This document shows positions 7,960 through 17,994 of a stretch of 64,000 nucleotides of DNA, piece by piece. The DNA is from Planctomycetota bacterium (GTDB lineage: Bacteria; Planctomycetota; UBA1135; UBA2386): the NCBI GenBank assembly GCA_965223545.1, contig OZ245006.1, forward strand, positions 2,016,001 to 2,080,000. The letters are read 5' to 3'. The notes beneath the pieces were generated by a model. It was not told the origin of the DNA, did not search any database, and saw only the letters and a list, made by a program, of their open reading frames with translations. Made by a program: the position numbers and the translations under genes. The number at the start of each line of letters is the position of its first letter. The stretch's first letter is position 1.

Positions 7960-8535
7960 TTGAACCCCGCTGAGGAGATTCGCTTGATCGCCGGCGCGAA
8001 GCACGGCGACCACACCGCGTTCGAGTCCCTGGTCGAGCGCTACATGGCCAGCGCGGTCGCGGTCGCCCGCAATTACACCGCCAATCGCGAGGACGCGCTG
8101 GAGCTGGCACAAGAGGCCTTCTACCGGGTCTACAAGAACCTCGACCGATTCCGCGAAGGCGAGCGCTTCGCGCCCTGGTTCTACAAGATCCTGCGCAACG
8201 CCTGCCTCAACTTCATCGAGAAGCGCCGGCGCATCCGTCGCTTCTCGATCCACGCCACCGATGCCAACAGTGAGGACTACCCGCTCCCCGACGGCTCGCT
8301 GTCGCCGCCCGAGCGCGCCGAGCTGGCCGAGTCCCAACGCGTCTTTTGGCGAGCCCTCGAGGCGCTCAGTCGCAACCACCGCGAGATCATCCTGCTGCGC
8401 CACTTCGAGGAGCTCGACTACGCCAGCATCGCGGAGGTGCTCGAGATCCCGATCGGCACCGTCATGTCCCGCCTGTTTCACGCGCGCCAAAACCTGAAGA
8501 GCGCGCTCGAGTCCTACGTGGAGTGCACGACGTGA
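7960..8535 (+). CDS. ECF RNA polymerase sigma factor (RpoE/SigW-like)
   Basis: AFESLVERY, DALELAQEAFYRVY, FAPWFYKILRNAC, YASIAEVLEIPIGTVMSRLFHAR; TTG start. Confidence 0.92.
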   Translation: MNPAEEIRLIAGAKHGDHTAFESLVERYMASAVAVARNYTANREDALELAQEAFYRVYKNLDRFREGERFAPWFYKILRNACLNFIEKRRRIRRFSIHATDANSEDYPLPDGSLSPPERAELAESQRVFWRALEALSRNHREIILLRHFEELDYASIAEVLEIPIGTVMSRLFHARQNLKSALESYVECTT

Positions 8536-8984
8536 GCGACGTCAACGACGACGCACCGCTGACCGAGCAGCAGCAGATGATGATGGCCTACATCGACGGC
8601 GAGCTGTCGCCGTCGGAACGCACCAGCTTCGAGCAAGCGATGCAGGAGGATCCGGAGCTGTCGTTGGAGACCGTCAAGTTCAAGAACCTGATGGACCTGT
8701 CGCGTTCGATGGCGCTGTCCGAGCCGACCGACCACGAGATCCGCCGCTTCTGGGGTCGGTTCTACAACCGCACCGAGTGGCAGGTCGGCTGGATCATGCT
8801 GCTGTCCGGCCTCGTCGTGCTGGCCTGCGAAGGTCTCTACCTGCTGGTCGTCTGCGATTGGAGCTGGTGGCTCAAGGGGGCGGTGCTCTTCACCGTCGCC
8901 GGTGGCCTGATCCTGATCTGGAACGCGGTGCGCCTCAAGCTCCGCACCAGCCACTTCGACCGGTATCGGGGGGTAATGCGCTGA
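8532..8984 (+). CDS. Membrane-bound anti-sigma factor
   Basis: GTGA overlap with the sigma gene; AYIDGELSPSERTSFE anti-sigma N-terminal motif; two C-terminal TM helices. Confidence 0.8.
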   Translation: MSDVNDDAPLTEQQQMMMAYIDGELSPSERTSFEQAMQEDPELSLETVKFKNLMDLSRSMALSEPTDHEIRRFWGRFYNRTEWQVGWIMLLSGLVVLACEGLYLLVVCDWSWWLKGAVLFTVAGGLILIWNAVRLKLRTSHFDRYRGVMR

Positions 8985-9304
8985 TGTTGATTTCCAGCAG
9001 CGACGCGCTGCACGGCTACGAGGTCATCGAGACCCTTGGCTTGGTGCGCGGCTCGGCCATCCGCTCGCGCGACGTCTTCAAGGACTTCAGCGAATGGGTG
9101 CGCAACCTGGTGGGAGCCGAGCTGCGGCACTACACCAAGATGATGGCGGAGACGCGGGAGCAAGCCCTGGACCGCATGTGCGACCAAGCGCGCACGCTGG
9201 GCGCGAACGCGGTGGTCGCGGTGCACTTCGCCACCACCAGCATCACCCGCGGCGCCGCCGAGCTGTGCGCCTACGGCACCGCGGTGCGCATCAAGGATCA
9301 ATGA
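8984..9304 (+). CDS. YbjQ/UPF0145 family protein
   Basis: TGATG coupling; LGLVRGS, LVGAELRHYTKMMAETREQALDRM, GANAVVAV, ELCAYGTAV. Confidence 0.9.
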   Translation: MLISSSDALHGYEVIETLGLVRGSAIRSRDVFKDFSEWVRNLVGAELRHYTKMMAETREQALDRMCDQARTLGANAVVAVHFATTSITRGAAELCAYGTAVRIKDQ

Positions 9305-9323
9305 CCTAGCGCCGGGGCGCCGC

Positions 9324-9977
9324 TCACGCCTCTCGAGGTCCCGGCCGCCGGCGCCACAGCGCCAACAGATCCTCGAAGGTGTCGACATCGGGCGCCGGCG
9401 CCAGCAGCTCGACGCGCAGACCCTGCGCGCGGGCACGCGCCGCGGTCTGCGCCAGGACGTCCGGGCCGCCCTCGCCGTGCCCGGAAAACAGGCCGGGGCA
9501 GCGCCCGCCCAACGCCACCAAGTAGTAGCCGCCGCCCTGATCGGGTCCGAGCACGACCGAGGCCGGAGCGCAGCGGACAATCGCTTCTTCGACGCGCTCC
9601 ACCGGCAGGTCGGGCGAGTCGGTGTTGCGCACCACCACCGGTGCGTGACCCTCGGCGAAGAGCTCGTCGAAGCACGCCTCCACCCGGGCGAACAGGTCGT
9701 CTCCCCGCTGCGGCCGCACCTCGATCGAGGCGGGGACACAACCGCGCAGCACGGCCAGCTCGGCCGCAGGCCAGCCGTAGACCAAGGTGCGGGCACCGGA
9801 GATCGGCACCACGGCGTCGATCAAGAACGCCCGGTACAATCCGGCCGCTTCGGCCGGCGTGAGCGGCGGGGTGAGCCGCGTCTTCACCCGCCCGGGCACC
9901 GGCGCCTTGGCGAAGTACACCACCGCCGGGCCGCGGCGTCGTGAACCGCCGCCGGCCGAATCCGTTTGAGGCGCCAC
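9324..9977 (-). CDS. DUF2064 / GT-A-like nucleotidyl/glycosyltransferase (TIGR04282-like); start uncertain
   Basis: FAKAPVPGRVKTRL, QRGDDL, TDSPDLP, VLGPDQGGGYYLV, DVDTFEDL. Confidence 0.82.
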   Translation of the reverse strand: MAPQTDSAGGGSRRRGPAVVYFAKAPVPGRVKTRLTPPLTPAEAAGLYRAFLIDAVVPISGARTLVYGWPAAELAVLRGCVPASIEVRPQRGDDLFARVEACFDELFAEGHAPVVVRNTDSPDLPVERVEEAIVRCAPASVVLGPDQGGGYYLVALGGRCPGLFSGHGEGGPDVLAQTAARARAQGLRVELLAPAPDVDTFEDLLALWRRRPGPREA

Positions 9978-10017
9978 TGGCGCCTTCCTACCATCGCGCC
10001 CAGCCCCCATCCACCCC

Positions 10018-11760
10018 ATGGATTCGCGCATGAACCCCGTCCGCGCCCACTGCGTGCTTCTCGCCGTCGCCGCCACCGCGGTGGCCCTCCCGAGCGTCGC
10101 CGCCCAGCGCGGTCCCACGATCCTCAAGACCGAGGTCGACGGCTTGGTGCGCATGCTGCGCCACAACGCCCAACCGCACGGCGGCCTCGGCGACGGCAGC
10201 ATCGAGCACACCGCGATGGCGCTGACCGCCGCGGGCCACTGCCACCGCACCTACTACGCCGGCGACGGCCCGTGGATTCGCGCCGCGCTGCAGTCGCTGT
10301 TTCGGCAGCGCGCCGCCAGTGGCTCGTTCGGAGAGGCCAGCGCCTGGGTCAAGGACGCCCTGCGCGTGATGGACCCCGAGGGCTATGCCACCGAGCTCGC
10401 CCGACTCGGCGAGGACGGCGAGGTGCCGTCGCCGTTCGGCAAGGTCGTGCAGGCCGTGTACGCCGAAGTCGGCGATCAGCCCAAGCCGCTGGCGGTGGTC
10501 CAGGCGCGCGCCGATCGGCTGTTGGCGAACACCGCGCGCGGCATCCCGATGCAGGACGGCAAGCCCGACATCAAAGCGATCCCCGCGCTGCTGGTCGAGC
10601 TGGTCGCGTGCCAAGTCGCCGCCCGCGCCGGCGGCCGGCCACCGCAGGCCGCAGCCGCGACCGCCGACGCCCCGCCCGCGTGGCTCGACAGCCAGCAGCG
10701 CGGCTTCGACTTCCTGCTGACCCAGCAGGACGGGGGCGCGTTCTTCGTCGAACACGGCGGCCAGCGGTTTCCGGATGCCGGCCTGACGGCGATCGGCCTG
10801 TCGGCGCTGCAGACCAAGCCCTCGGCGCTGCGCACCGAGGCGGAGAGCGCGGTGATCGAGCAGGGGCTCACCTGGCTGTTGGCCCAGCAGAACGAGCAGG
10901 GCGGCTTCGGCCAGTCCAACATCAACTACACCACTTGCGCCGCCATCATGGCGCTGGCCGCCGCCGACGATGCGCGCTTCGCCGAAGCGCTCGCCAGCGC
11001 GCAGAAGTTCGTCCTGTTCCTGCAGAACATCGAGGAGCGCGGCTACGGCCGGCAGGACCGCGACTACGGCTCGATCGGCTACGGCGGCGACGAGCGCGGC
11101 GATCTCAGCAACCTGCAGTTCTCGATCGACGCGCTGCGCCGCACCGAGCTCGACGCGCAGCACGAGGCCTTCCAAAAGGCGCTCGTCTTTCTGCAGCGCG
11201 TGCAAAACCTCAAGTCGGTCAACGACTTCCGCGACCGCGTCCCGGGCGACGACGGCTGGTACGAGGTGGCGAGCGGCGACGACGGCGGCGCCGCGTACTA
11301 CCCGGGCAACTCCCCGGCCGGCTACCTCGAGCTCGCCGATGGGACCCGCGTGCCGCGCAGCTACGGCTCGATGACCTATGCGCTGCTCAAGGCCTACATC
11401 CTGTGCGGCCTGCCCGCGGACGACCCGCGCGTGCGCGCCGCCGCCGGCTGGATCACCCGCCACTGGACCCTCGAGGTCAACCCCGGAGCCGACCCGGCCC
11501 TGGGTGAAAAGACAGCCTACCAGGGCCTGTACTACTACTACATGGTGATGGCGCAGGCGCTGAGCCTCGCCGGCATCGACGAGGTCGCGCCCGACGAGGC
11601 CGCCCCGGTGCAGTGGCGCGACGCGCTCGCCGAGCACCTCGCCGCGCTCCAGCGCGGCGACGGCTCCTGGCTCAACGAGCGCAACGGCCGCTGGTGGGAA
11701 GACCAGCCGATGGTCTGCACCGCCTACGCGATGCTGGCGCTCGAGCACTGCGCCCGCTGA
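10018..11760 (+). CDS. Secreted prenyltransferase/squalene-oxidase repeat protein (alpha/alpha toroid)
   Basis: Signal peptide; QW-like repeats (FLLTQQDGG, WLLAQQNEQGGFG, LAALQRGDGSW); GDLSNLQF, SYGSMTYA, GLYYYY. Confidence 0.8.
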   Translation: MDSRMNPVRAHCVLLAVAATAVALPSVAAQRGPTILKTEVDGLVRMLRHNAQPHGGLGDGSIEHTAMALTAAGHCHRTYYAGDGPWIRAALQSLFRQRAASGSFGEASAWVKDALRVMDPEGYATELARLGEDGEVPSPFGKVVQAVYAEVGDQPKPLAVVQARADRLLANTARGIPMQDGKPDIKAIPALLVELVACQVAARAGGRPPQAAAATADAPPAWLDSQQRGFDFLLTQQDGGAFFVEHGGQRFPDAGLTAIGLSALQTKPSALRTEAESAVIEQGLTWLLAQQNEQGGFGQSNINYTTCAAIMALAAADDARFAEALASAQKFVLFLQNIEERGYGRQDRDYGSIGYGGDERGDLSNLQFSIDALRRTELDAQHEAFQKALVFLQRVQNLKSVNDFRDRVPGDDGWYEVASGDDGGAAYYPGNSPAGYLELADGTRVPRSYGSMTYALLKAYILCGLPADDPRVRAAAGWITRHWTLEVNPGADPALGEKTAYQGLYYYYMVMAQALSLAGIDEVAPDEAAPVQWRDALAEHLAALQRGDGSWLNERNGRWWEDQPMVCTAYAMLALEHCAR

Positions 11761-11791
11761 CGGACGCGTGCTCGCCGGTGCGCGGCTCCGA

Positions 11792-12121
11792 TCACGGACC
11801 GATCGCGACGGTGTAGTCTCGGCTCGTCGAGTGCTCCAGCCGCAGCACCTCCCAGGAGCTCGGCGGCGTGAAGTCGGCGGTGCCCTTTCCGTTCGCATCG
11901 AGAGTGATCTGAACGGTGGTGTTCTGGTCGGGATACTGCAGACTGACGACGTCGACGGTGACGTTCTCTCCAGCCAACGCGGAGTTCTCGTAGTGGATGG
12001 TCAGGGTCTGCCCCTGACTGATGGTGCTCTCCGTTCCCTCGAACCGCTGCGGCGGGTTCATCACCATCGCACTGGTCAGCAGCAGCAAGAGCGGCACAAA
12101 CATGACTCCCATTCGGTGCAT
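11792..12121 (-). CDS. Small secreted beta-rich hypothetical protein
   Basis: RBS GAGGAG upstream; hydrophobic signal peptide followed by alternating beta-strand pattern (TLTIHYE, VTVDVV, TLDANGKGTADF). Confidence 0.65.
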   Translation of the reverse strand: MHRMGVMFVPLLLLLTSAMVMNPPQRFEGTESTISQGQTLTIHYENSALAGENVTVDVVSLQYPDQNTTVQITLDANGKGTADFTPPSSWEVLRLEHSTSRDYTVAIGP

Positions 12122-12492
12122 TTCGATCTCCTCGTAGGTGGCAAGCCGGTACCGCGGCCGTCAGGGAGGTCCACACGGACCCGGTTGGATTGAGAAAGAG
12201 CCTGAAGCGGCGGGTGCACGGCACCCGGCATCGGCACGGCAAAACTCCGCGACGATCGACTGCCAGTATGCCCCACCGAACGTGGGTCGGCTGGCATCCC
12301 GTGCGGCGACCGGGGCGCTGGGCGCGGCCGCCGCCGAAACCGCGCGTCTCAACCCCCGACGTCAAGGCGCGGAACGCGCCGACCATCCGTTCGGATGGCA
12401 GATCGCAAAGTCGGTCTCGTTTTGCGACCCGCGAGCTCACTCGGGAGAATCGTGCCGAGGCACCGACCGCGAGCCCGAAGCGGCCCGCGCGC

Positions 12493-12882
12493 TCAGGGCT
12501 TTTCGAGCTTGCGCCCCAGCATCTCGACGAAGAGCTCGGCTTGCCGCCGCAGCTCCTCGTCATCGCCGCGCGCCGCCTCCACGATCGCCGCGATCCCCTG
12601 CGACGATTGCGCAAAGATGGTGCCCAGCGCGTTGCGGCGCCGGTCGCTCGACACGTCCGGATTCCGCAGAATCTCGATCGCGTCATCGAACCGCAGATCA
12701 TCGGTCTGCTGGCCCGACCAGAACTTCACCGAGCCGAATCCCGAGCCCAGGGTGACCCAGACCAACGCGAGCACGACGAAACCCAGAACGGGCTTCGTCC
12801 ACCGCGAACGACCTTCCAGCGGGGCACTCGGCGCCGCGTCGCCGACCCCGCCGTGACCGACGCGGGCGGCGCGTTCGCTCAG
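12493..12882 (-). CDS. Hypothetical bitopic membrane protein (start uncertain)
   Basis: TM segment PVLGFVVLALVWVTLG followed by a helical HEAT-like region. It overlaps the stop of the upstream HTH gene. Confidence 0.5.
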   Translation of the reverse strand: MSERAARVGHGGVGDAAPSAPLEGRSRWTKPVLGFVVLALVWVTLGSGFGSVKFWSGQQTDDLRFDDAIEILRNPDVSSDRRRNALGTIFAQSSQGIAAIVEAARGDDEELRRQAELFVEMLGRKLEKP

Positions 12883-13463
12883 AGCTGATCGCTGGTTTCG
12901 TTGCTGATGCGCGTCCACGAGCGTTGTTTGAGAGTGGTCAGCGTACGCCGCGCTTGCTCGAACTCCAACCAGAGCTGGGGAGCGATCTTGCGGACGTGAT
13001 CCACCAGCCGGGACACCCACGCCTCGACCTCTGGCTGGCTGCCGACGCGGGTACCGCGGCGGACGACGTGCCAGAAGGTGATCATGTGGGGATCCCACTC
13101 GACCAATCGCGCGATGTCGACCTCGTTGCGGCAGCGCAGAATGCGCTCCGCCAGGTCGATGTCGATCAACAGGTCGCCGACCGGCAGCTCGCTCGGCGAC
13201 TCACAGACGCCGACCAAGTAATCGGCGGTGCAGCGGTACAGCTTGGCCAGGTGGTACAGCTCGGGGGCGCGCGGACTGCGCGTCCCCGACTCCCAGCCAC
13301 TCACGGTGTTCGACGCGATGCTGAGGCGCTGTGCCACCTCGGTCTGCGTCAGGCCGGCGCGCAACCGCGCCAACCGGAGGCGCTCGGCCACCACCTCGGT
13401 GAGGGCGTGCTGCTGCGGGACCACCACGAGAGCAATGGTAGCCTTCGCAACGGCACTTTGCAT
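12879..13463 (-). CDS. XRE-family helix-turn-helix transcriptional regulator
   Basis: RLRLARLRAGLTQTEVAQRLSIASNTVSGWESGTRSP..LAKLYRCTADYLVG. Confidence 0.88.
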   Translation of the reverse strand: MQSAVAKATIALVVVPQQHALTEVVAERLRLARLRAGLTQTEVAQRLSIASNTVSGWESGTRSPRAPELYHLAKLYRCTADYLVGVCESPSELPVGDLLIDIDLAERILRCRNEVDIARLVEWDPHMITFWHVVRRGTRVGSQPEVEAWVSRLVDHVRKIAPQLWLEFEQARRTLTTLKQRSWTRISNETSDQL

Positions 13464-13509
13464 GCGCGTTCGGCGCGCGCGCCGGAGCCCCGCCGTTTCC
13501 GGCAGACCG

Positions 13510-14187
13510 TCAAAACACCGCGACGCGATTCAGCGGCCAGAAACACACCCGGACACGCCCCTTGAGCAGCTCGCGCCCGACGACGCCGAACTCGCGCGAG
13601 TCGCAGCTGATCGGGCGATTGTCACCGAGCACGAAGTAGCTGTTCGCCGGAACGACGCATTCGCGCATCACTGCCCAATCGGCGACGTGCGCGAACGCCT
13701 CGGCGATCGGCACGTCGTTGACGTAAATCGTGCCGCGGTCGATGCGTACGCGGTCGCCGGGCAACCCGATCACCCGTTTGACGAAGTCGATCGTCGGATC
13801 GGCGGGGTAGCGCAGCACGACAACGTCGAAGCGATCGACGTCGGCGAGCTCGTACGCCAGCCGGTCGACGACCAGCCGATCGCCGTCACACAGCGACGGC
13901 CGCATCGAGTGTCCACGCACGACCGAAATCTGCACCACGTAGAGGTGCAGCACCAGGATCATGGCGGCGCCGCAGAACAGGTCCCGGGCAAACCGGCGGC
14001 GCGGGCTGCGCGACGGCTCCGGACGGCGGCCGACGCGGACCGCGACGCGGTCGCCCACCGGCGCGCGGTGCGGGCCCGCATCCGCCATCATCTCGGCCAG
14101 CGACGACCGACCAACGTCCTCCACCAGTGCGCTGCCGAGCCGTTCCAACAGCCCGGCCTCGTCTCCCCCCAGGCGCGTCATCGCCAT
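13510..14187 (-). CDS. lepB: Signal peptidase I
   Basis: VRGHSMRPSL (catalytic Ser), RFDVVV, FVKRVIGLPGD (catalytic Lys), YFVLGDNRPISCDSREFG. Confidence 0.93.
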   Translation of the reverse strand: MAMTRLGGDEAGLLERLGSALVEDVGRSSLAEMMADAGPHRAPVGDRVAVRVGRRPEPSRSPRRRFARDLFCGAAMILVLHLYVVQISVVRGHSMRPSLCDGDRLVVDRLAYELADVDRFDVVVLRYPADPTIDFVKRVIGLPGDRVRIDRGTIYVNDVPIAEAFAHVADWAVMRECVVPANSYFVLGDNRPISCDSREFGVVGRELLKGRVRVCFWPLNRVAVF

Positions 14188-14395
14188 TGTTCATCGGGTT
14201 TTACGGCGGACCTCTTGCGCGCCTCTCGGCTCCGGCCGAGCCCCCGGCGAACGCGCCTTGCCGCGTCTTGCCGGTGCCGCCGATGCCAGGGCGCCGCGGC
14301 CTGCCGAAGTTTCTCAAGCGCTTTGACGGGCGTTTCCGACAAGACGACAGCGCCGGGTCGCTCCGCGACCCGCCAGGACCGGCACTCAGCGAACC

Positions 14396-15274
14396 ATGAC
14401 ACAGTCCCCGCTCGCCCGGCTCGCCACGCACGAACGCGCCCGACGCGAGATCCTGCTGCGCTGCGACCGCCTGCCCCCGCTGCCCGAAGTCGTGGTCGAG
14501 GTCATCCAGCTGCTCGAGGCGCCCGATACCGAGCCAGAGGACCTCGCGCGGCATCTCCAGCGGGACCCGGCGCTGGTGGCGCGCATGCTCGGCACGGTCA
14601 ACTCCCCGCTCTACGGCCTCAACCGGACGATCTCGTCGATCGTCGAGGCGGTCGTGGTGCTGGGCTTCCGCGGCCTGCGCAGCCTCGTGCTGGCATCGGG
14701 GACCTCGAAGTACCTGCAGAGCGACTTCCAGTGCTACGGCCACGACCGCGCCGGCTTGTGGCGACACTCGCTGGCGGTGGCCGCCGGCTGCCGCGGGCTG
14801 GCGGCGTCGCTGCCGGCCGCCGACCGCGAGGAGCTGTTCGTCGCCGGTCTGCTGCACGACATCGGCAAGCTGGTCTTGGCACCGTATCTGCGCGAGAACG
14901 AGCTCCAGCTCGACCTCGGCTCGCCGCTGACCGAAGCCGAGCAGCGCACCCTGGGCATCGACCACACCGAGGCCGGGGCTCTCGTCGCGGCGCGCTGGAA
15001 CCTCAGCCCCCGCGTGCAGGACATCCTGCGACACCACCACGCCGAGAGCCCGCCAGCGGCGCTGCGCCAGGCGATCGCCGCGGTCCGCGTCGCCGACGCA
15101 CTCGCCAAGCGCGCCGGGATCGGCCTCACCCAACCGGCGTTGCACACCGAGCTCGACGGCGAGGATCTCGACCATTTGTGCACCGACCGCGACGCGTGGA
15201 GTCAGCGCGAGCCGCAGCTGCTCGAAGCGATGCGGGCGACCGCCGACCAGATCGCCGTCGACGTGCCGCGATGA
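14396..15274 (+). CDS. HDOD domain protein
   Basis: LPPLPEVV, DPALVARML..NSPLYG, AVVVLG, LWRHSLAVA, FVAGLLHDIGKLVL, GIDHTEAGA..RWNL. Confidence 0.92.
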   Translation: MTQSPLARLATHERARREILLRCDRLPPLPEVVVEVIQLLEAPDTEPEDLARHLQRDPALVARMLGTVNSPLYGLNRTISSIVEAVVVLGFRGLRSLVLASGTSKYLQSDFQCYGHDRAGLWRHSLAVAAGCRGLAASLPAADREELFVAGLLHDIGKLVLAPYLRENELQLDLGSPLTEAEQRTLGIDHTEAGALVAARWNLSPRVQDILRHHHAESPPAALRQAIAAVRVADALAKRAGIGLTQPALHTELDGEDLDHLCTDRDAWSQREPQLLEAMRATADQIAVDVPR

Positions 15275-16950
15275 TCGCCGCCGCGCCGGACACCGAACAC
15301 CTACAGCTGCACCAGGCGCGCACGCTCGCCGACCTGCAGGCGCAGATGCGTGTCGCGCTCGCCCGGCACCTCGGTCCGATCGCGGCAGCGCTGCTGCTGC
15401 ACGACGGACACGACACGCCGGCGCGGGTCGAGATCGCGCACGGCGACGCCACGGTCCCCGAGGGCAGTGCGCTCGACGCGCCGCCGTGGGACCCGGCACA
15501 CACCGTGCACGTGCCAGTCACCTACCGCGGCGAACCGCTGGGCTCGCTGCTGCTGGCCCGGGCACCCTCGGCGCTGCCGCCGTTGGCGGAGCTGCTGCAG
15601 CACTACGCGGTCGCGCGCGTCAACCTGCAGCTCGGCGCCGACACGGCACAGAGCTCGGAGGTCTACTTCGCCAGCCTGCACGCGTTCGAAGAAGGCGTCG
15701 GCCTGTTTCAGGAGGCGGACCGCGCGACCGTCGGCGCCCGCCTGCTGAGCTTGCTGACGTCGATCTTCAGCACCCATCCCGGCGCCCTGTTCACCTGGGC
15801 GACACCGAGCGCCGGCCCCACCGGCCGCCGGCTGCAACTCGATCAAGTGCTCGCGATCCCCGAACCGCTGCTCGAGCCCCTGCGCCGGACGGACGGCGTG
15901 TGGTGCCTCGAGGACGTCGACACCGTGACCCCGGTGATCGCCCGACGCGGCGCGCACGGCGAGTTCGAGGTCACCGGCACCGACCCCGGCGGCGTGGACT
16001 GCTCGGCATTCGCCGGCCTGCCGCCGGCGATCGACAACCTGGTGCTGTGCCCGCTCTCCTTCCACGGCCTGCAGATCGGACTGGCGCTGGTGGTCAACGC
16101 GTCTCTGGACTCGCCGGAGCTGACCTTCAAGCTCGAGAGCGTGCGCCGGCTCGGCGAGCTCGGCGCGGCGCTGTTCCACCGCATCCACCTGGAGGACCTC
16201 GCGGTGCGCAGTCGCGAGGTCGAGACGCAGATCGCGATCGCCGCGCGCATCCAGGCGCGCCTGTTGCCGACCGAGACGCCGGAGCTGGAGGGCATCGAGT
16301 GCGCGTTCTCGTCGCAGGCGGCCGCCCACGTCGGCGGCGACTACCTCGACCTGCTCACCGATGCCGAGGGCCGCTTCTACGCCGTCGTCGCCGACGTCTC
16401 GGGCCACGGCATCAACTCGGCGCTGCTGATGACCTCCTACCGCTCGACCTGCCGCGCCGAGTACTTCCGGCGTTCGCCGGCCGATCTGCTCGCCAAGCTC
16501 AACCGCGAGGTGCACCACGAGAGCGGCGACACCGGGATGTTCGTCACCGGCGCGGTGCTGCGCGTCGACGCCGATCGGCGGCGCGCGACCTTCGCCGGCG
16601 CCGGGCACACCCCCGTCCTGCTCTATCGGTGCGGCAGCGGCACCCTGCAGGAGCTCGACTCGACCGGCCCGCCGAACGGCTTCGTCCGCCACACCGACTA
16701 CGAGACCCGCGGGCTGACGCTGGCAGCGGGCGACGTGCTCCTGCTCTACACCGACGGCATCGTCGAAGCCAAGCGCGACGGCAACGACCTCGACATGTTC
16801 GGCGAGGAGCGGCTGCGCGACACCTTGATCGGCGTCGCACCCGGGTCGGCCGCCGAGATCCTCGGCGCGCTCACGTCCGCGGTCAGCGAGTTCGCTGGCC
16901 CCGGCGGCTGCGACGACGACGTCTCACTGCTGGTGCTCAAGATCCGCTGA
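15271..16950 (+). CDS. SpoIIE/RsbU-type PP2C phosphatase with N-terminal GAF-like region
   Basis: ATGA overlap with the HDOD gene; AARIQARLLP, VGGDYLD, VADVSGHG, MFVT, AGAGH, LLYTDGIVEA, FGEERL, DDDVS. Confidence 0.9.
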   Translation: MIAAAPDTEHLQLHQARTLADLQAQMRVALARHLGPIAAALLLHDGHDTPARVEIAHGDATVPEGSALDAPPWDPAHTVHVPVTYRGEPLGSLLLARAPSALPPLAELLQHYAVARVNLQLGADTAQSSEVYFASLHAFEEGVGLFQEADRATVGARLLSLLTSIFSTHPGALFTWATPSAGPTGRRLQLDQVLAIPEPLLEPLRRTDGVWCLEDVDTVTPVIARRGAHGEFEVTGTDPGGVDCSAFAGLPPAIDNLVLCPLSFHGLQIGLALVVNASLDSPELTFKLESVRRLGELGAALFHRIHLEDLAVRSREVETQIAIAARIQARLLPTETPELEGIECAFSSQAAAHVGGDYLDLLTDAEGRFYAVVADVSGHGINSALLMTSYRSTCRAEYFRRSPADLLAKLNREVHHESGDTGMFVTGAVLRVDADRRRATFAGAGHTPVLLYRCGSGTLQELDSTGPPNGFVRHTDYETRGLTLAAGDVLLLYTDGIVEAKRDGNDLDMFGEERLRDTLIGVAPGSAAEILGALTSAVSEFAGPGGCDDDVSLLVLKIR

Positions 16951-17332
16951 CGGCGACCGGGGTCGAGCCCAGGTACGCCCACACGCCAGTGACCGTCGCG
17001 GCCACTGCCGCCACCGAGAACGCCACTACGAGGACGCGGTGCAGCCGCCGTGCACTGTCCGATCGCCAGAGGGCGACGCCCGAGGCGGCCACCCCGACCC
17101 CGAACGCACCCGCGGCGTAGGCCAGCGGCCGGTGGATGCGCATGACCTCGACCGGGAACGCCCGCTCGCGCCCCATGGCGACCGCGAAGGCGATCGCCAC
17201 GCACAGCGCGACCAGCGTGGCCGGCCCGAGCAGGAGGTGCCAACGGCGCACGCCGCGAAACCCCGACCACAGGGCCGCGGCGAGCAGCGCCAGCGTCACG
17301 CCGAACGCGATCCAGAAGCCGATGGTCATCAT
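16937..17332 (-). CDS. Hypothetical 4-TM membrane protein
   Basis: Four hydrophobic segments, three with a His near the start (WHLL, IHRP, LHRV). Confidence 0.65.
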   Translation of the reverse strand: MMTIGFWIAFGVTLALLAAALWSGFRGVRRWHLLLGPATLVALCVAIAFAVAMGRERAFPVEVMRIHRPLAYAAGAFGVGVAASGVALWRSDSARRLHRVLVVAFSVAAVAATVTGVWAYLGSTPVAVSGS

Positions 17333-17398
17333 GGCGTGGAGCTCGCGGGCGCGGTCACACTCGTTGCGCGCCCGGGGCTTTGCAGTACCGTGGCGGCC

Positions 17399-17878
17399 AT
17401 GGTGCACCAGATCAAGAGCGAGATCCGAGGCGCCGGCCGACGCATCGCCATCGCCGTCGGCCGCTTCAACGAGCTGATCGGCAACCGCTTGCTGGACGGT
17501 GCGATCGACGCTCTGCTGCGGCACGGCACCGATGCCGATTCGATCAGCGTGGTCTGGGTGCCGGGCGCATTCGAGCTGCCGCTGACCTGCCGGTGGCTCG
17601 CGGAGAGCGGTCGCCACGACGGCGTCATCGCGCTGGGCACGGTGATCCGCGGGGCGACCACCCACTACGACTACGTCTGCCAGCAGGCGGCGCGCGGCGT
17701 CCTCGACGCGGGGGTCAACAGCGGCGTGCCGGTCGCCTTCGGCGTGCTCACGACCGAGAACACCGACCAGGCGCTCGAACGGGCCGGCGGAAAGGCGGGC
17801 AACAAGGGGGCGGACGCCGCCCTCACCGTGCTCGAGATGATCGGCCTGCGCCAGCAGCTCACCGCCGACGGGCGCTGA
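17399..17878 (+). CDS. ribH: 6,7-dimethyl-8-ribityllumazine synthase
   Basis: GRFNELI, WVPGAFELP, ALGTVIRGATTHYDYV, FGVLTTEN..QALERAGGKAGNKG. Confidence 0.97.
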   Translation: MVHQIKSEIRGAGRRIAIAVGRFNELIGNRLLDGAIDALLRHGTDADSISVVWVPGAFELPLTCRWLAESGRHDGVIALGTVIRGATTHYDYVCQQAARGVLDAGVNSGVPVAFGVLTTENTDQALERAGGKAGNKGADAALTVLEMIGLRQQLTADGR

Positions 17879-17994
17879 CCGGCACCGGCGTCTCGGAGGG
17901 CAGAACGGGGGGACTGTTCTTTGCCCGGGCGGCTGCCCGGCGCTACGCTCTCCGCCTCTCCGCTCTTTGCCGGCCCGCTCTCGGGCCGACTCCC

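Noticed and set aside
13228..15270. N-terminal ~680 aa of the 1240-aa ORF
   Set aside because: It overlaps lepB (antisense) and the HDOD gene (other frame). The real SpoIIE gene starts at the ATGA overlap at 15271. The same applies to the upstream extensions of the ORFs at 19195, 23020-25641, 51209-53500, 55085 and 58483.
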